In this document: positions 37,401-47,163 of the stretch, in pieces
Layout: each line of letters begins with the position of its first letter
Position numbering within the stretch: position 1 is the stretch's first letter
NCBI GenBank assembly: GCA_025999275.1
Contig: AP024680.1
Location: 419,578-483,577, forward strand
Direction: 5' to 3'
Origin: Patescibacteria group bacterium
GTDB taxonomy: Bacteria; Patescibacteriota; Microgenomatia; UBA8517
DNA length: 64,000 bases
Notes under the pieces: generated by a model
What the model was told of the DNA's origin: nothing
The model's input: the letters and a program-made list of their open reading frames with translations, nothing else
Databases searched by the model: none
Translations under genes and position numbers: made by a program

Positions 37401-39044
37401 GTGAATTTCATGTCAGTTGTTTTTATAAAATTTATAAAATTTTACAATTCTTTTAGAAATGTATTCTTGGTGTTTTTTGTAGTAGTTATTTTTATTTTTT
37501 TTAGCCTTTATATTTTTTCCCAAGATAGAACTACTGGTGATGCTGCATCACATCTTCTTTTGGCTGTTGCGCCGATAATTAAAATAGGTGCTCCTTATAA
37601 AGATTACTGGGATATAAAACCTCCTATGATGCCTTTAATCCTTTTTGTTTGGAGCAAAATATTTGGATTTGGAATAGTTTCAATTAGGCTTATTAATATA
37701 CTTTTGTCAGCACTTAGCGTTTTCCTGACCTATTTTTTGTACAAAAGGTTTTTTAAAAAGCCTGTATTTGAAATAGTTTTCTTAAGTACTTTATTAATTC
37801 TTCTTTCACCGTTTCTTCACTCAATTATGCTTCCAACTGAAATTTTAGGTCTTTGTATGTCTTTATTGGCTTTATTATTCCTAATTCAATCAAAAAATCA
37901 GTTTTATAAATTTTTTATTTCAGGCCTACTTTTCTTTTTTTCTAGTCAGTCAAAAGAACCTTTTTCTTTTACTGTAATAGCTGTGTTGCCATTTTTTGTT
38001 TATTCCTTTTTAATCAGCGGTATTAATGGATTTATAAAGAATTTTCTATTATTTCTGGCCGGTCTTTTTTTTGGGTTTGTAATTATTTTTATGTATCTAT
38101 ATTTTATGGGATCAGTTAGTTCCTACAGAGAAGTGTTTATTGCAAAAAGCATTGCTTACCCGCTTAATTATAGCAATGTTTCTAAAAATTTTATTTTAGG
38201 TTTAGAAGCTGCTGAAAGAACTTTTACTGAATTCTCATCAGGTATTTCTATTCTCATTGTTTTCTTTTTGGTATCTCTTTTTATGGTAAACAAATACAAA
38301 AAACTGTTATTTTTTGATCGTGTAAGGTTAAAATTAAAATTTAATTCTTTTTATGTCTTAGATAAAAACATGTTGGTAAGTTATTCAGCGTTGTTTTATG
38401 CAATTGGTTCGTTTCTAGGTTTTGGTCTTGGAAAAGTATTTGGATCTCATTATTTAATTCAAGTTGTTGTTCCATTTTATATAATTTCAGGATTTATTAT
38501 CTCGTCTATACTTGGTAGAACAAGTTTTCTTATACATAAATCAAAAATACTTTCTTTTATATCTTTGATATTGTTTTTGTTTTCAATAGTTATAATCCTT
38601 CCCAAGAGGCAGTATTTGAAGAGTTTTTTGTCTGTTAATTTTAATTTTGTAATGAAAGACAGAGTCTACGATTTTGAGGAAAGAATTACTGATATCACAA
38701 CAAATGATCAGTGTATTTTAAGTGTATATGGTTGGGGAGCTGGGGAAAATTATTTATATTCTGGGAGAAGGTCTTGCACAAGATTTTTTTTACCAAATAT
38801 TGTTAGGGAAGAGTGGCAGCGGGAAGAATATAGAAGTAGTATTTTGAAAAATCCTCCAGCAGCCATTATATATCAAACGAATGCTTCAGATATGGATGTA
38901 AAAAGATTTGAGTATCAGGTAATAAATATTGGTAATATAGTAAACAATTGTTACAAGAGAGATATTGAAAATAATGAAATCTTTGTTCCTGCGGTATTGA
39001 ATATCAATGATTTAAGAGAATGTATAAAAGACAATTCCACATAG
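37401..39044 (+). CDS. GT-C fold membrane glycosyltransferase, PMT_2-like
   Basis: 'TGDAASHLLLAVAPIIKIGAPYKDYWDIKPPMMPLI' (D..H...KPP loop typical of PMT_2); polytopic. Confidence 0.55.
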   Translation: MNFMSVVFIKFIKFYNSFRNVFLVFFVVVIFIFFSLYIFSQDRTTGDAASHLLLAVAPIIKIGAPYKDYWDIKPPMMPLILFVWSKIFGFGIVSIRLINILLSALSVFLTYFLYKRFFKKPVFEIVFLSTLLILLSPFLHSIMLPTEILGLCMSLLALLFLIQSKNQFYKFFISGLLFFFSSQSKEPFSFTVIAVLPFFVYSFLISGINGFIKNFLLFLAGLFFGFVIIFMYLYFMGSVSSYREVFIAKSIAYPLNYSNVSKNFILGLEAAERTFTEFSSGISILIVFFLVSLFMVNKYKKLLFFDRVRLKLKFNSFYVLDKNMLVSYSALFYAIGSFLGFGLGKVFGSHYLIQVVVPFYIISGFIISSILGRTSFLIHKSKILSFISLILFLFSIVIILPKRQYLKSFLSVNFNFVMKDRVYDFEERITDITTNDQCILSVYGWGAGENYLYSGRRSCTRFFLPNIVREEWQREEYRSSILKNPPAAIIYQTNASDMDVKRFEYQVINIGNIVNNCYKRDIENNEIFVPAVLNINDLRECIKDNST

Positions 39045-39233
39045 TTTTTGGTTTGTATTTATATGTTTTAATCAGTTTTAGGATTCATTTTCAAAATATT
39101 TAGTTTTTTATTTACGAAGAGGTGATCTTTAATTTATAAATGGTATTTATTAAGTTACTGTTTTAACAACATAATTTTTATCAGTGGATTAGAAAAGCAA
39201 AAAGCTTTTACTAATAATCTATAATTTAATTAG

Positions 39234-40541
39234 ATGGTAAAAAGAATTATTGTTTATCTATCTTCTGTTATTTTTATTTTGGTCTCTTTTTATTTTATTT
39301 TTACAACCTCGCCTTTTGTTAGATATTGGGTTGATGATTTTTGTTCTGCGGCTTTTCTTAAAAACAATGGCTTTTGGGGTGCTCAGATTGGCTGGTGGAA
39401 AAGTTGGACTGGAAGATATTCAGCAGTTTTCTTTACTGATATTTTTGAGTCAATTGGTCCTTGGGTTGTAAAGTTTTTACCCATTTTAATATTATTTTTA
39501 TTGTCAAGTTCTTTTTATAAAGTTTTTAAAAATATTGTTTTTACCTTTCTTTTTGTTGTTATTTTATTGGTAAATGCCCCAAATATCGTTCAATCTTTTT
39601 ATTGGCAAACTGGGTCGCTAAACTATACAGCACCGTTTATTTTTTTAGGTATCTTTCTTTCTCAACTATTTTCAGATAGAAATAAAAGTATATTTTTGCC
39701 TTTTATTTTAATGTTTGTTGCTGGTGGTTTTTCTGAAGCTTTTGCTCTTGGTGCGTTGGTTTTTTTATTTTTTGCTTTACTGGTTAGTTTTGGTTGGTGG
39801 CCAGGGAAGGTTGTTTTGGAAAAAAGAAAAATAATTATTGCTGGCCTAGTCGGGGTTTTGCTTTCTTTAGTTTTAATGTCTTTTTCGCCCGGTAATGTGG
39901 CGCGAGGAGGAGAGATAATTAAGCAGGATAAAATATTTTTTGTTATAAAATCTTCTATTTTGGGAACAAAATGGTTCCTTTTTAGAATGCTTTCTATTAA
40001 AACTTTTATTTTTTCTCTTTTTTCCTTATTTATCTTTGTTTATTTTATTTTTAAGAAACCTAAATTTGGGCCAAGAAGATCGTTTATTCTTATCTTTTTG
40101 TCTTTGCTTGCGATAGTGTTTACGACAATGGCAGTTTTGGCTTCCGGCTTTTATGCAATGGGCATTCTGCCGCCCGAGCGAGCTTTGTTTGTGGCCACTT
40201 CTATGATTTTAGGAATTTGGGTTTTTATTTCTTGGGTTTTATCTGGGATTTTGAGCAATTATTTAGTTAGTGGAATTAGAAAGTTGTTTAGTTTTGTATT
40301 GATTTTGTTTTTGCCATTATTGTTTGCCTCATTGACTATTTTAACTTTTTCTCATTGGAAGAGCATAAAAGAGGAAGTGAGATCTTACGCTTTAAGTTGG
40401 GATAAAGAGGTAAATAATTTGCCTAAAATCAGGAATATAAGGTCTGTTGGGGGATTAGATAGTTTTACTGATAATAAAGGTTGGGTTTCATCTTGCGTTG
40501 CTAATTATTTTGGTTATAAGGAAATTGAAATAATTGAGTAG
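39234..40541 (+). CDS. polytopic membrane protein, unknown function
   Basis: 435 aa, many TM helices. Confidence 0.45.
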   Translation: MVKRIIVYLSSVIFILVSFYFIFTTSPFVRYWVDDFCSAAFLKNNGFWGAQIGWWKSWTGRYSAVFFTDIFESIGPWVVKFLPILILFLLSSSFYKVFKNIVFTFLFVVILLVNAPNIVQSFYWQTGSLNYTAPFIFLGIFLSQLFSDRNKSIFLPFILMFVAGGFSEAFALGALVFLFFALLVSFGWWPGKVVLEKRKIIIAGLVGVLLSLVLMSFSPGNVARGGEIIKQDKIFFVIKSSILGTKWFLFRMLSIKTFIFSLFSLFIFVYFIFKKPKFGPRRSFILIFLSLLAIVFTTMAVLASGFYAMGILPPERALFVATSMILGIWVFISWVLSGILSNYLVSGIRKLFSFVLILFLPLLFASLTILTFSHWKSIKEEVRSYALSWDKEVNNLPKIRNIRSVGGLDSFTDNKGWVSSCVANYFGYKEIEIIE

Positions 40542-40547
40542 AGTTAT

Positions 40548-42072
40548 TTATATTTTGTAGATTTTCGCGATAATTGCATTGTGGAATTCTATATCTTTAA
40601 TTAGATTTTTGTCCTCAATAAATTTTAGAACTTGACTTTCTGGATGTTGCTTGGCAAAGTAAGTTTCAAGAATAATATATTCTGCTTCTAAGAAATTATA
40701 GGTAAGATTAAAATCAGAGTAATATCTTACTGCTTCTGGACAACCTGCTACAAAAATACTTCCTTTTATATTTTCCTTTTTAAGATATTCAACGGCTAGT
40801 CTTGAACTTGCACAGAAACCAACCATGTCATATTTTTGGGCCCCTTTTGGCCCACCTGCGAGGTAGTTGTAGTAAAAGTAATAATCGGGATTAAAAGAAA
40901 GTGGGAGAATTAAATTAAATGTGGTTAAAATAAGGAAAATGAATTTCAGACTTTTGTTTTTTTAGTATTTCTAATATTTTTAGCCATCCGGATGCAGAGG
41001 CTATAACAAACCATGGCAAGAGTGGAAGAGCATATCTTATCCCCAGTTTTTTATTTGAGATACTTATTATGATTAGAAAAATGAGGACATAGGTGATTAT
41101 GGTGATATTTTGTTTTTTAGTCTTTATGTTTTTGTTTTTAATCAAGTAGAGAATTGAGATTAAGTTGACAAAAAATCCTAGTATTAATATTTCAGGCATT
41201 CTTATTAAGTACTGGAATAAATAGAAATCAAACGGGGGATTGGTGGTGATTTTTCCTCTGTAAAATACTGTCATACCGTCTTGAACAAGGTGAAATTGCC
41301 TTATAAGATATTCGAATATAGAATATATTGGTTTTTCCCAAGAATATGGCCACATGATGTTGGTGAAAACTAAGAAAGATATTGTGTTAATTGCTAATTG
41401 TTTGCTAGGGAAATTATTTCTTTTTTGATATAGATCATAAACTAACCAACCTATTATTGGTAATATACCATTTGGTTTTGTGAGAAAGGCTAGTGATAAG
41501 AATATTCCAGGTATAAAACTAATCTTATTTTCTTTTGAGTAGTATAAGTATGAAGTTAGGGCCGTAAAACTGAATAGGGTTAAGAAACTATCGTTGATAG
41601 ACATCCTGTCAAATGCGATGGCGATAGGATTTATGAGGTAAAATATGGCTGATATCAATGCCAATTTTTCTCCTATGAGTTTGGAGCCGAAGTAAAAAAT
41701 AAAAACTGGAGTTAGAGAGGATATTATTGCAATGGGCAATCTTGAAGCGAAGATATCATTAAATATCTTAAGGCTGTACTTTCCGTTTCCTGCTAGAAAG
41801 AATTGTGAAATACCACTAAGTAAAGTTAAAGGAAGCGCTATAGCTTCTGTATCGTTTGTTTTTTTCCACCAGGCATTTTCAAAGAAATTTTTGTTGGCGT
41901 GAATTAAAGCGTAGATTATTTCTTTTCCTCTTACTGTCCATGTTATTTCATCCGAGTATATTGAGGTGTTTTCTAGATCAATTAACCTTAGGCTTAAACT
42001 TAATATGTATATGAGAGCTATTAATATTATTTTTCTTTTTTTAAGAAGTATGCTGAATCTACCTTTTTTCAT
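40548..42072 (-). pseudogene. GT-C PMT/ArnT-like paralog interrupted by frameshift inside an A7 (minus-strand) homopolymer at 40957-40963
   Basis: ORF 40915-42072 encodes N-terminal GT-C part ('SIYSDEITWTVRGKEI'); frame of ORF 40548-40826 is open up to 40961, immediately after the A7 run; deleting one A gives '...ILKN KSLKFIFLILTTFNL...' and a single ORF of about 513 aa, the length of intact paralogs. Confidence 0.6.
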
Positions 42073-42149
42073 TTTGTTTTTATGTTTTTATTTTATACCC
42101 TTTAGGTTATGAAGAAGCAATATTGATGGTAAATAATTTATCTTTTGAC

Positions 42150-42170
42150 TGACAAGGTCCGTCTTTGTCA
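42150..42170. repeat. 21-nt hairpin repeat, copy 1 (TGACAAGGTCCGTCTTTGTCA)
   Basis: identical copy at 42448-42468; the two flank small ORF 42211-42438. Confidence 0.75.
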
Positions 42171-42210
42171 ACTTGTTTTGTTAGAAAGATAAAACTATAT
42201 TTAAAATATT

Positions 42211-42438
42211 ATGGAGCTAAAGAAAAGTCTTAAAGCTGATGCTGTTGCCAATCTTTATAGAGCTTCTATTTATTTTGCTAAAGGTAATGAAAAGATGGGT
42301 AATTTTTTTGTCAGTAGAGCAAGTAAGTTCATTGATCTTGGGAGTTTAAGAAGACAAATCTCTTACTTAAGAGATAATAAAATTATTGCAGAGAAGGTGT
42401 TAGATTTTTATTTACGTCTCAAAAGGAAGATTTGGTAA
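42211..42438 (+). CDS. small hypothetical protein (75 aa) flanked by identical hairpins
   Basis: ORF only. Confidence 0.3.
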   Translation: MELKKSLKADAVANLYRASIYFAKGNEKMGNFFVSRASKFIDLGSLRRQISYLRDNKIIAEKVLDFYLRLKRKIW

Positions 42439-42447
42439 AGTTGTGGG

Positions 42448-42476
42448 TGACAAGGTCCGTCTTTGTCATTTTTTAA
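42448..42476 (+). terminator. hairpin repeat copy 2 followed by T-run; putative intrinsic terminator
   Basis: TGACAAGGTCCGTCTTTGTCA then TTTTTTAATTT. Confidence 0.45.
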
Positions 42477-42526
42477 TTTACATCTTCAGTTTTTTGCTTA
42501 AAGGTAGATAATGTTAAAATATAAGA

Positions 42527-43120
42527 GTGAAAAGATTTCTTTTTGTTGATGGAACCAATCTTTACGCGGGGCAGTTTTCCCTATTTGGCCCAGATAAGTA
42601 TCTTGTATTTTCTGATTTTTTAAGATTTATCGAGGATGCTATAGGTAAAAAATTTGATAAGATATTTTTTTATGCTTCTTATTCTCCTAGAAGTAAAAAG
42701 CTTACCGAGAAAGAAAAGATTTATCTTAAAAATGAATACTTTTTTTATAAAAGTGCCAAATTAACCCCAAAATTATCTTTTTTCCGTGGATATCGTTCTA
42801 GAAAAAGTGGAAAAGAAAAAGGGGTTGATGTTAAACTTGCGTGTGATTTAGTCTCTTTATCTATTACTGGAAAGTATCAAGAAGGTTTTATTTTAAGCGG
42901 AGATGCTGATTTTTTGGAGGCTCTCTTTATATCAAAGAAGTATTCTAAAGGAATTAGGCAAAATATAATTTGCTTGGAAAATAAAATAATGTATCGAGGT
43001 TCTTATTTTTTTCCAACTTATGTAATCAGATTTACCGGAAAGAATTTAAAAATTAAAGAGAAGTATTACAAATTTATTTATTTGGATCAGAAATTTTTGG
43101 TTAGGGATCTTAATAATTAG
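42527..43120 (+). CDS. NYN-domain (LabA-like) protein
   Basis: GTG start; 'KRFLFVDGTNLYAGQF...' matches N-terminus of NYN/LabA domain proteins. Confidence 0.55.
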   Translation: MKRFLFVDGTNLYAGQFSLFGPDKYLVFSDFLRFIEDAIGKKFDKIFFYASYSPRSKKLTEKEKIYLKNEYFFYKSAKLTPKLSFFRGYRSRKSGKEKGVDVKLACDLVSLSITGKYQEGFILSGDADFLEALFISKKYSKGIRQNIICLENKIMYRGSYFFPTYVIRFTGKNLKIKEKYYKFIYLDQKFLVRDLNN

Positions 43121-43124
43121 AAAT

Positions 43125-43161
43125 CCCGACATACAAGTATGTCGGGAAGGTTGTTTTTATT
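43125..43161 (+). terminator. intrinsic terminator
   Basis: perfect 9-bp stem CCCGACATA/TATGTCGGG with CAAG loop, followed by GTTGTTTTTATT. Confidence 0.7.
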
Positions 43162-43169
43162 AAAACATA

Positions 43170-44438
43170 ATGGAAGAAAAAAAGCAAGTCTTAAAATCAA
43201 TGATTTTTTCTTCGACTGCCAAGGATACTTATATTCTTTTTTTTAGCAATGTTGCTACCGCTTTTCTGGGTTTTGTTTTTACTTGGTTTGTTGCGAGAGC
43301 TCTAAGTGTTTCTGATTTTGGTGTTTTCTCTTCGGTCAACAATCTTGCTTTAATGCTTTCTCCATTAGTTGATCTTGGCGTGAGCTCAGCTTTAATCAAT
43401 TTCATTGCCTATTTTCAGGCAAGAAATGAATACAAAAAGACTTTTGAGTATGTTAAGGCAGGACTTGTTATTCGATTTGTTATTTTGCTTTTAGTTTCAA
43501 TCTTTCTTTTTGCTTTTAGGGGCTTTGTTTCAGATAAGCTTTTGGCTGGTGGAGGTGTTTATTTAGTTTATTGGACAATAATTATTCTTCTTGGTCTTGT
43601 TTTCTCAAGTTTTGTTACTTCTGTTCTTCAGGCTTATAAGAAATTTTTTAGGTCGATGATTTCTGAAGTTTCTTATTCTTTTGGCAGAGTGATTTTTGTT
43701 CTTATTTTTGCTTTTAATGGTTTGACTTTAACAGGCTCTTTAAGCGCTTTTGCTTTGGCAGGTTTAGTTTCTTTGGTGATTACTGTTTTTGTTTTGGGTT
43801 ATGGCTTTTTGAAATCGCATCCACCAAAAAGTATTTATCTTGATTTGCTTAGATTTTCCGGGTGGCTTGGGGTAAATAGGATTTTGTCTTCTATTTCAGG
43901 TAGGGCTGATGTTCAAATGCTTGCAGCTCTTTCTGGGGCTGTTGCTGTTGGTTATTATTCCATCGCTGGAAGACTCGCTTTTTTTATTGCTGTTTTGTCT
44001 TCAAGTTTATCGGCAGTTATTGCTCCCCGTCTTGCCTCTTTTGGCAATAAAGAGAGAGAAAGGGCGTATATTTTAAAATCTCTTTTGGCAATAGTTGGGG
44101 TTAGTTTTGGAATAATTTTATGGGTAATTTTTGCCAAACCTTTTATACTTCTACTTTTTGGAGAAAAGTATCTTAATTCTGTTGGTATCTTTCAGGCCTT
44201 GGCCTTGGCTATGATCCCATTTTTGTTTACCTCTCCTTCTGTTTCAGCGATTATTTATGCAATGAAAAAGCCAAAAATTATTGGCGTTTTTTCTATTTTT
44301 CAGACAGCTGCAATTTTAATTTTGAATTATCTTTTGATTCCCAAATTTGGCGCTTATGGACCAACTATAACACTGGCGGTTACAAATACTGTTCTAATGG
44401 CGTATAGCTGGGTGGTGGTGGTTAGATACTATAGATAA
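43170..44438 (+). CDS. Wzx-like oligosaccharide flippase (MOP superfamily, Polysacc_synt)
   Basis: 422 aa, about 12-14 TM helices, N-terminal region typical of polysaccharide biosynthesis/flippase proteins. Confidence 0.65.
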   Translation: MEEKKQVLKSMIFSSTAKDTYILFFSNVATAFLGFVFTWFVARALSVSDFGVFSSVNNLALMLSPLVDLGVSSALINFIAYFQARNEYKKTFEYVKAGLVIRFVILLLVSIFLFAFRGFVSDKLLAGGGVYLVYWTIIILLGLVFSSFVTSVLQAYKKFFRSMISEVSYSFGRVIFVLIFAFNGLTLTGSLSAFALAGLVSLVITVFVLGYGFLKSHPPKSIYLDLLRFSGWLGVNRILSSISGRADVQMLAALSGAVAVGYYSIAGRLAFFIAVLSSSLSAVIAPRLASFGNKERERAYILKSLLAIVGVSFGIILWVIFAKPFILLLFGEKYLNSVGIFQALALAMIPFLFTSPSVSAIIYAMKKPKIIGVFSIFQTAAILILNYLLIPKFGAYGPTITLAVTNTVLMAYSWVVVVRYYR

Positions 44439-44450
44439 GATAAAAGCTGA

Positions 44451-44486
44451 TAATGGTTAATGATTGATGACTAATGGTTAATGATT
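44451..44486. repeat. heptamer array: two direct copies of TAATGGTTAATGAT; second copy contains the start codon of the 4HB gene
   Basis: perfectly complementary to 44877-44890. Confidence 0.75.
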
Positions 44487-44870
44487 AAGAAAAAGAATAA
44501 TCTTTATAGGACTGTTGAAGACGTGCCTGTGTGGCAATTGTCGCATCAGCTAACTCTTAGAGTTTATAAATTAACAGAGGCCTTTCCTAGGGCTGAGGTA
44601 TATGGTCTAACCTCTCAGATTAGGAGGTCTGCCAGTTCTGTGTCAGCGAATATATCTGAGGGTTTCTATAGGAATAGCACAAAAGAGTTGATAAATTTTC
44701 TATATAACGCGAGAGGGTCGTTGGGAGAAACGCTTTATCACATAAGGCTTGCAAGAGATTTGGGTTTATTAAATTCTTCTGATTTTGAAAGTCTTAAAAA
44801 TGGCTATAATTTACTTGGTAGACAATTGAATGGATGGATTAGGAGTCTTAAATTGAAAATTAATGGTTGA
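44481..44870 (+). CDS. four helix bundle protein (TIGR02436 / 23S rRNA intervening-sequence protein family)
   Basis: 'VYKLTEAFPRAEVYGLTSQIRRSASSVSANISEG'. Confidence 0.85.
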   Translation: MIKKKNNLYRTVEDVPVWQLSHQLTLRVYKLTEAFPRAEVYGLTSQIRRSASSVSANISEGFYRNSTKELINFLYNARGSLGETLYHIRLARDLGLLNSSDFESLKNGYNLLGRQLNGWIRSLKLKING

Positions 44871-44876
44871 TAAGTA

Positions 44877-44910
44877 AAGATCATTAACCATTAACCATTG
44901 ACCATTGACT
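44877..44910. repeat. inverted heptamer array (ATCATTAACCATTAACCATTGACCATTGACTATT)
   Basis: reverse complement of the upstream array and of 19831-19852. Confidence 0.75.
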
Positions 44911-44917
44911 ATTATTT

Positions 44918-45763
44918 ATGTCTAATTCTATCTTTGCTCATACCCTAGTAAGAAATGAGGAGCGGTATTTGTGGTTTGCTATTTCTTCAGTCGTTGATTA
45001 TGTTGATAGGGTTTTTCTTTGGGATACTGGAAGCACGGATAAAAGCCTTGAGATAGAAAAGGAAATAAAAAAGAAGTGGCCTGGGAAAATTGACTTAAGA
45101 CAAATTGGGGAAGTTGATGCAAATGAGTTTACCAGTGTCAGGCAAAAAATGCTTGATCAATCAGATTGTGATTGGGTAATGATTTTGGATGGTGATGAAG
45201 TTTGGTGGAAAGATTCAATAAAAAGAGCGATTGATCTTATAAATGAGAAGGGAAACGAGTTGGATTCTTTGGTTCACAGATACTACAACTTAGTGGGGGA
45301 TATATTTCATTATCAGGAAGAGAAAGCGGGACGTTATGTTATTGACGGCAAGCAGGGAAATTTAACTGTTAGGTTTTTTAGGCGAAATATTCCTGGTATT
45401 CATTTTGACAATCCTCATGGGACTCAGGGTTTGTTTGATAAAGATGGAGTTTTAATTCAGGAAAGAGATCCAAAAAGGAGGTTCCATTTGGATGATTATT
45501 ATCTCCACTTTACCCATCTTGTTCGCTCAACTAGCCTTATCGAAGACAAAAAAGTGATTAAGAGAAATTTAAAGTACAAATATGAGCTAGGTATTCCTTT
45601 TCCTTTAGATTTTTATTATCCAGAAGCGTTTTTTAAAGATAGGCCAGATATTGTTGAAAGTCCTTGGAGAGTAATGGATGCTTCGTTTAGGATTAGATCA
45701 TTTTTTGAAACTCCATTAAGGAAGATAAAAAGGAGGATTTGGTGGGGGAAGACTGGTTATTAG
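44918..45763 (+). CDS. putative GT-A-like glycosyltransferase (GT2/GT92-like), low confidence
   Basis: 'HTLVRNEERYLWFAISSV...FLWDTGSTDKS...VMILDGDEVWW'. Confidence 0.4.
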   Translation: MSNSIFAHTLVRNEERYLWFAISSVVDYVDRVFLWDTGSTDKSLEIEKEIKKKWPGKIDLRQIGEVDANEFTSVRQKMLDQSDCDWVMILDGDEVWWKDSIKRAIDLINEKGNELDSLVHRYYNLVGDIFHYQEEKAGRYVIDGKQGNLTVRFFRRNIPGIHFDNPHGTQGLFDKDGVLIQERDPKRRFHLDDYYLHFTHLVRSTSLIEDKKVIKRNLKYKYELGIPFPLDFYYPEAFFKDRPDIVESPWRVMDASFRIRSFFETPLRKIKRRIWWGKTGY

Positions 45764-45792
45764 ATTGTAGGCAAGAGTTTCAAGTTATAAAA

Positions 45793-47163
45793 ATGTTAGA
45801 AAAATCAGAATATACAAAAATAAATAAACGAGATGGCATTTTACTTATTGGCATTTTAGCCTTTCAGTTGTTTTTTCTTTTTAATCTTAAATTTACAGCT
45901 TGGCCGGAAATGTTAGCATGGCCTTATTTGATGATTAAGGGCTGGATGCCATATAGGGATATTGCCATAGCTCATAACCCATTATTGCTTGTTGACTTGG
46001 CAATCTTTTATAAATTTTTTGGGGTAGGCGTTTGGCAGTTAAAATTTTTTACTTGGCTCTTGATTATCTTGTCTGAGATGGTCTTGTTTTTAATTGCAAA
46101 GGAAATTTGGGGCAGGAAAGTTGCGTTGTGGTCGGTCTTGTTTTACAGCTTTTGGGTTATCTTTTATGAAGGTAATGGAATTTGGTTTGATTTTTATATG
46201 GGCATTTTGGCCTTTATTTCTTTTTACCTTGTTTATAAGAAGGATTGGTTTCTGGCGGGTGTTTTTTGGTCTTTGGCTTTTTTGTCAAAGCAAACGGCTA
46301 TTTGGTTCTTGTTCCCAATCCTGTTTGAGATTATTGTGCGACCACCTTTAAAGATTGAATCTTTAAAGATGGTTTTTGGGGCAGGTGCTGTCTTGAGTAT
46401 ATTTTTGTTTTTGCTTTGGAAATTGGGTATTTTGTTTTATTGGTGGAATTGGGCGGTTAATTTTGGGGTTTTTGTTCTTCCAAAATCAACAGGCCAAATA
46501 AAATTGCCAGGTTTTTCAGAGCTTTTTGTTTCTCTTTTTCCATTTTTTGTGTTTTTACTTTTATTCCTAAATCATAAATCTAAATTGTTAAATCTATTTC
46601 TTTGGTCTTTGGCTGGTATTCTTGGTGCCTATCCGCGTTTTGAATATTTTCATTTTCAGCCTGCAATTTTTTATCTTTCGATTGCCGCAGCTCTTGTTTT
46701 TTCGGATTTTAAAAAGATAAGTAAGATTGGGCAGATGTTTTTGATATTTTTTGTTTTGGGCAATACATTTTTGTTTGCAAGATTTTTGGAAAGGAATTTT
46801 AACAAAGAAACTAGATTTTATGAATCTGATTTTAGAAAGGTAATTGATTATGTTAGGGAAGAAACTAAACCTGGTGATTATATTTTTGTTTTGAATTGGT
46901 GGGATAGTCTTTATGCTTTAACTGAGACTATACCAGCAACAAAGCCATTAGTTCCTCAACTTGCCTGGTATCAAGAGTTTGATAAGATTCAGAAAAAAGA
47001 AGTAGAAGACATTGCTTCTATAAGGCCAAAACTTGTAGTTCTTAATTCTTATACGGATAGCGGCCTTTCTTCTTATATTCCCAAAGAGCTTTATAATTAT
47101 ATTGATAAAAACTACATTATGGTAGACGAAATTGGGGATGTAAAAATATTAAATCTAAGATAA
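45793..47163 (+). CDS. polytopic membrane protein, GT-C-like (DUF2029/GT87-like)
   Basis: 'WPEMLAWPYLMIKGWMPYRDIAIAHNPLLL'; start at internal ATG 45793. Confidence 0.45.
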   Translation: MLEKSEYTKINKRDGILLIGILAFQLFFLFNLKFTAWPEMLAWPYLMIKGWMPYRDIAIAHNPLLLVDLAIFYKFFGVGVWQLKFFTWLLIILSEMVLFLIAKEIWGRKVALWSVLFYSFWVIFYEGNGIWFDFYMGILAFISFYLVYKKDWFLAGVFWSLAFLSKQTAIWFLFPILFEIIVRPPLKIESLKMVFGAGAVLSIFLFLLWKLGILFYWWNWAVNFGVFVLPKSTGQIKLPGFSELFVSLFPFFVFLLLFLNHKSKLLNLFLWSLAGILGAYPRFEYFHFQPAIFYLSIAAALVFSDFKKISKIGQMFLIFFVLGNTFLFARFLERNFNKETRFYESDFRKVIDYVREETKPGDYIFVLNWWDSLYALTETIPATKPLVPQLAWYQEFDKIQKKEVEDIASIRPKLVVLNSYTDSGLSSYIPKELYNYIDKNYIMVDEIGDVKILNLR

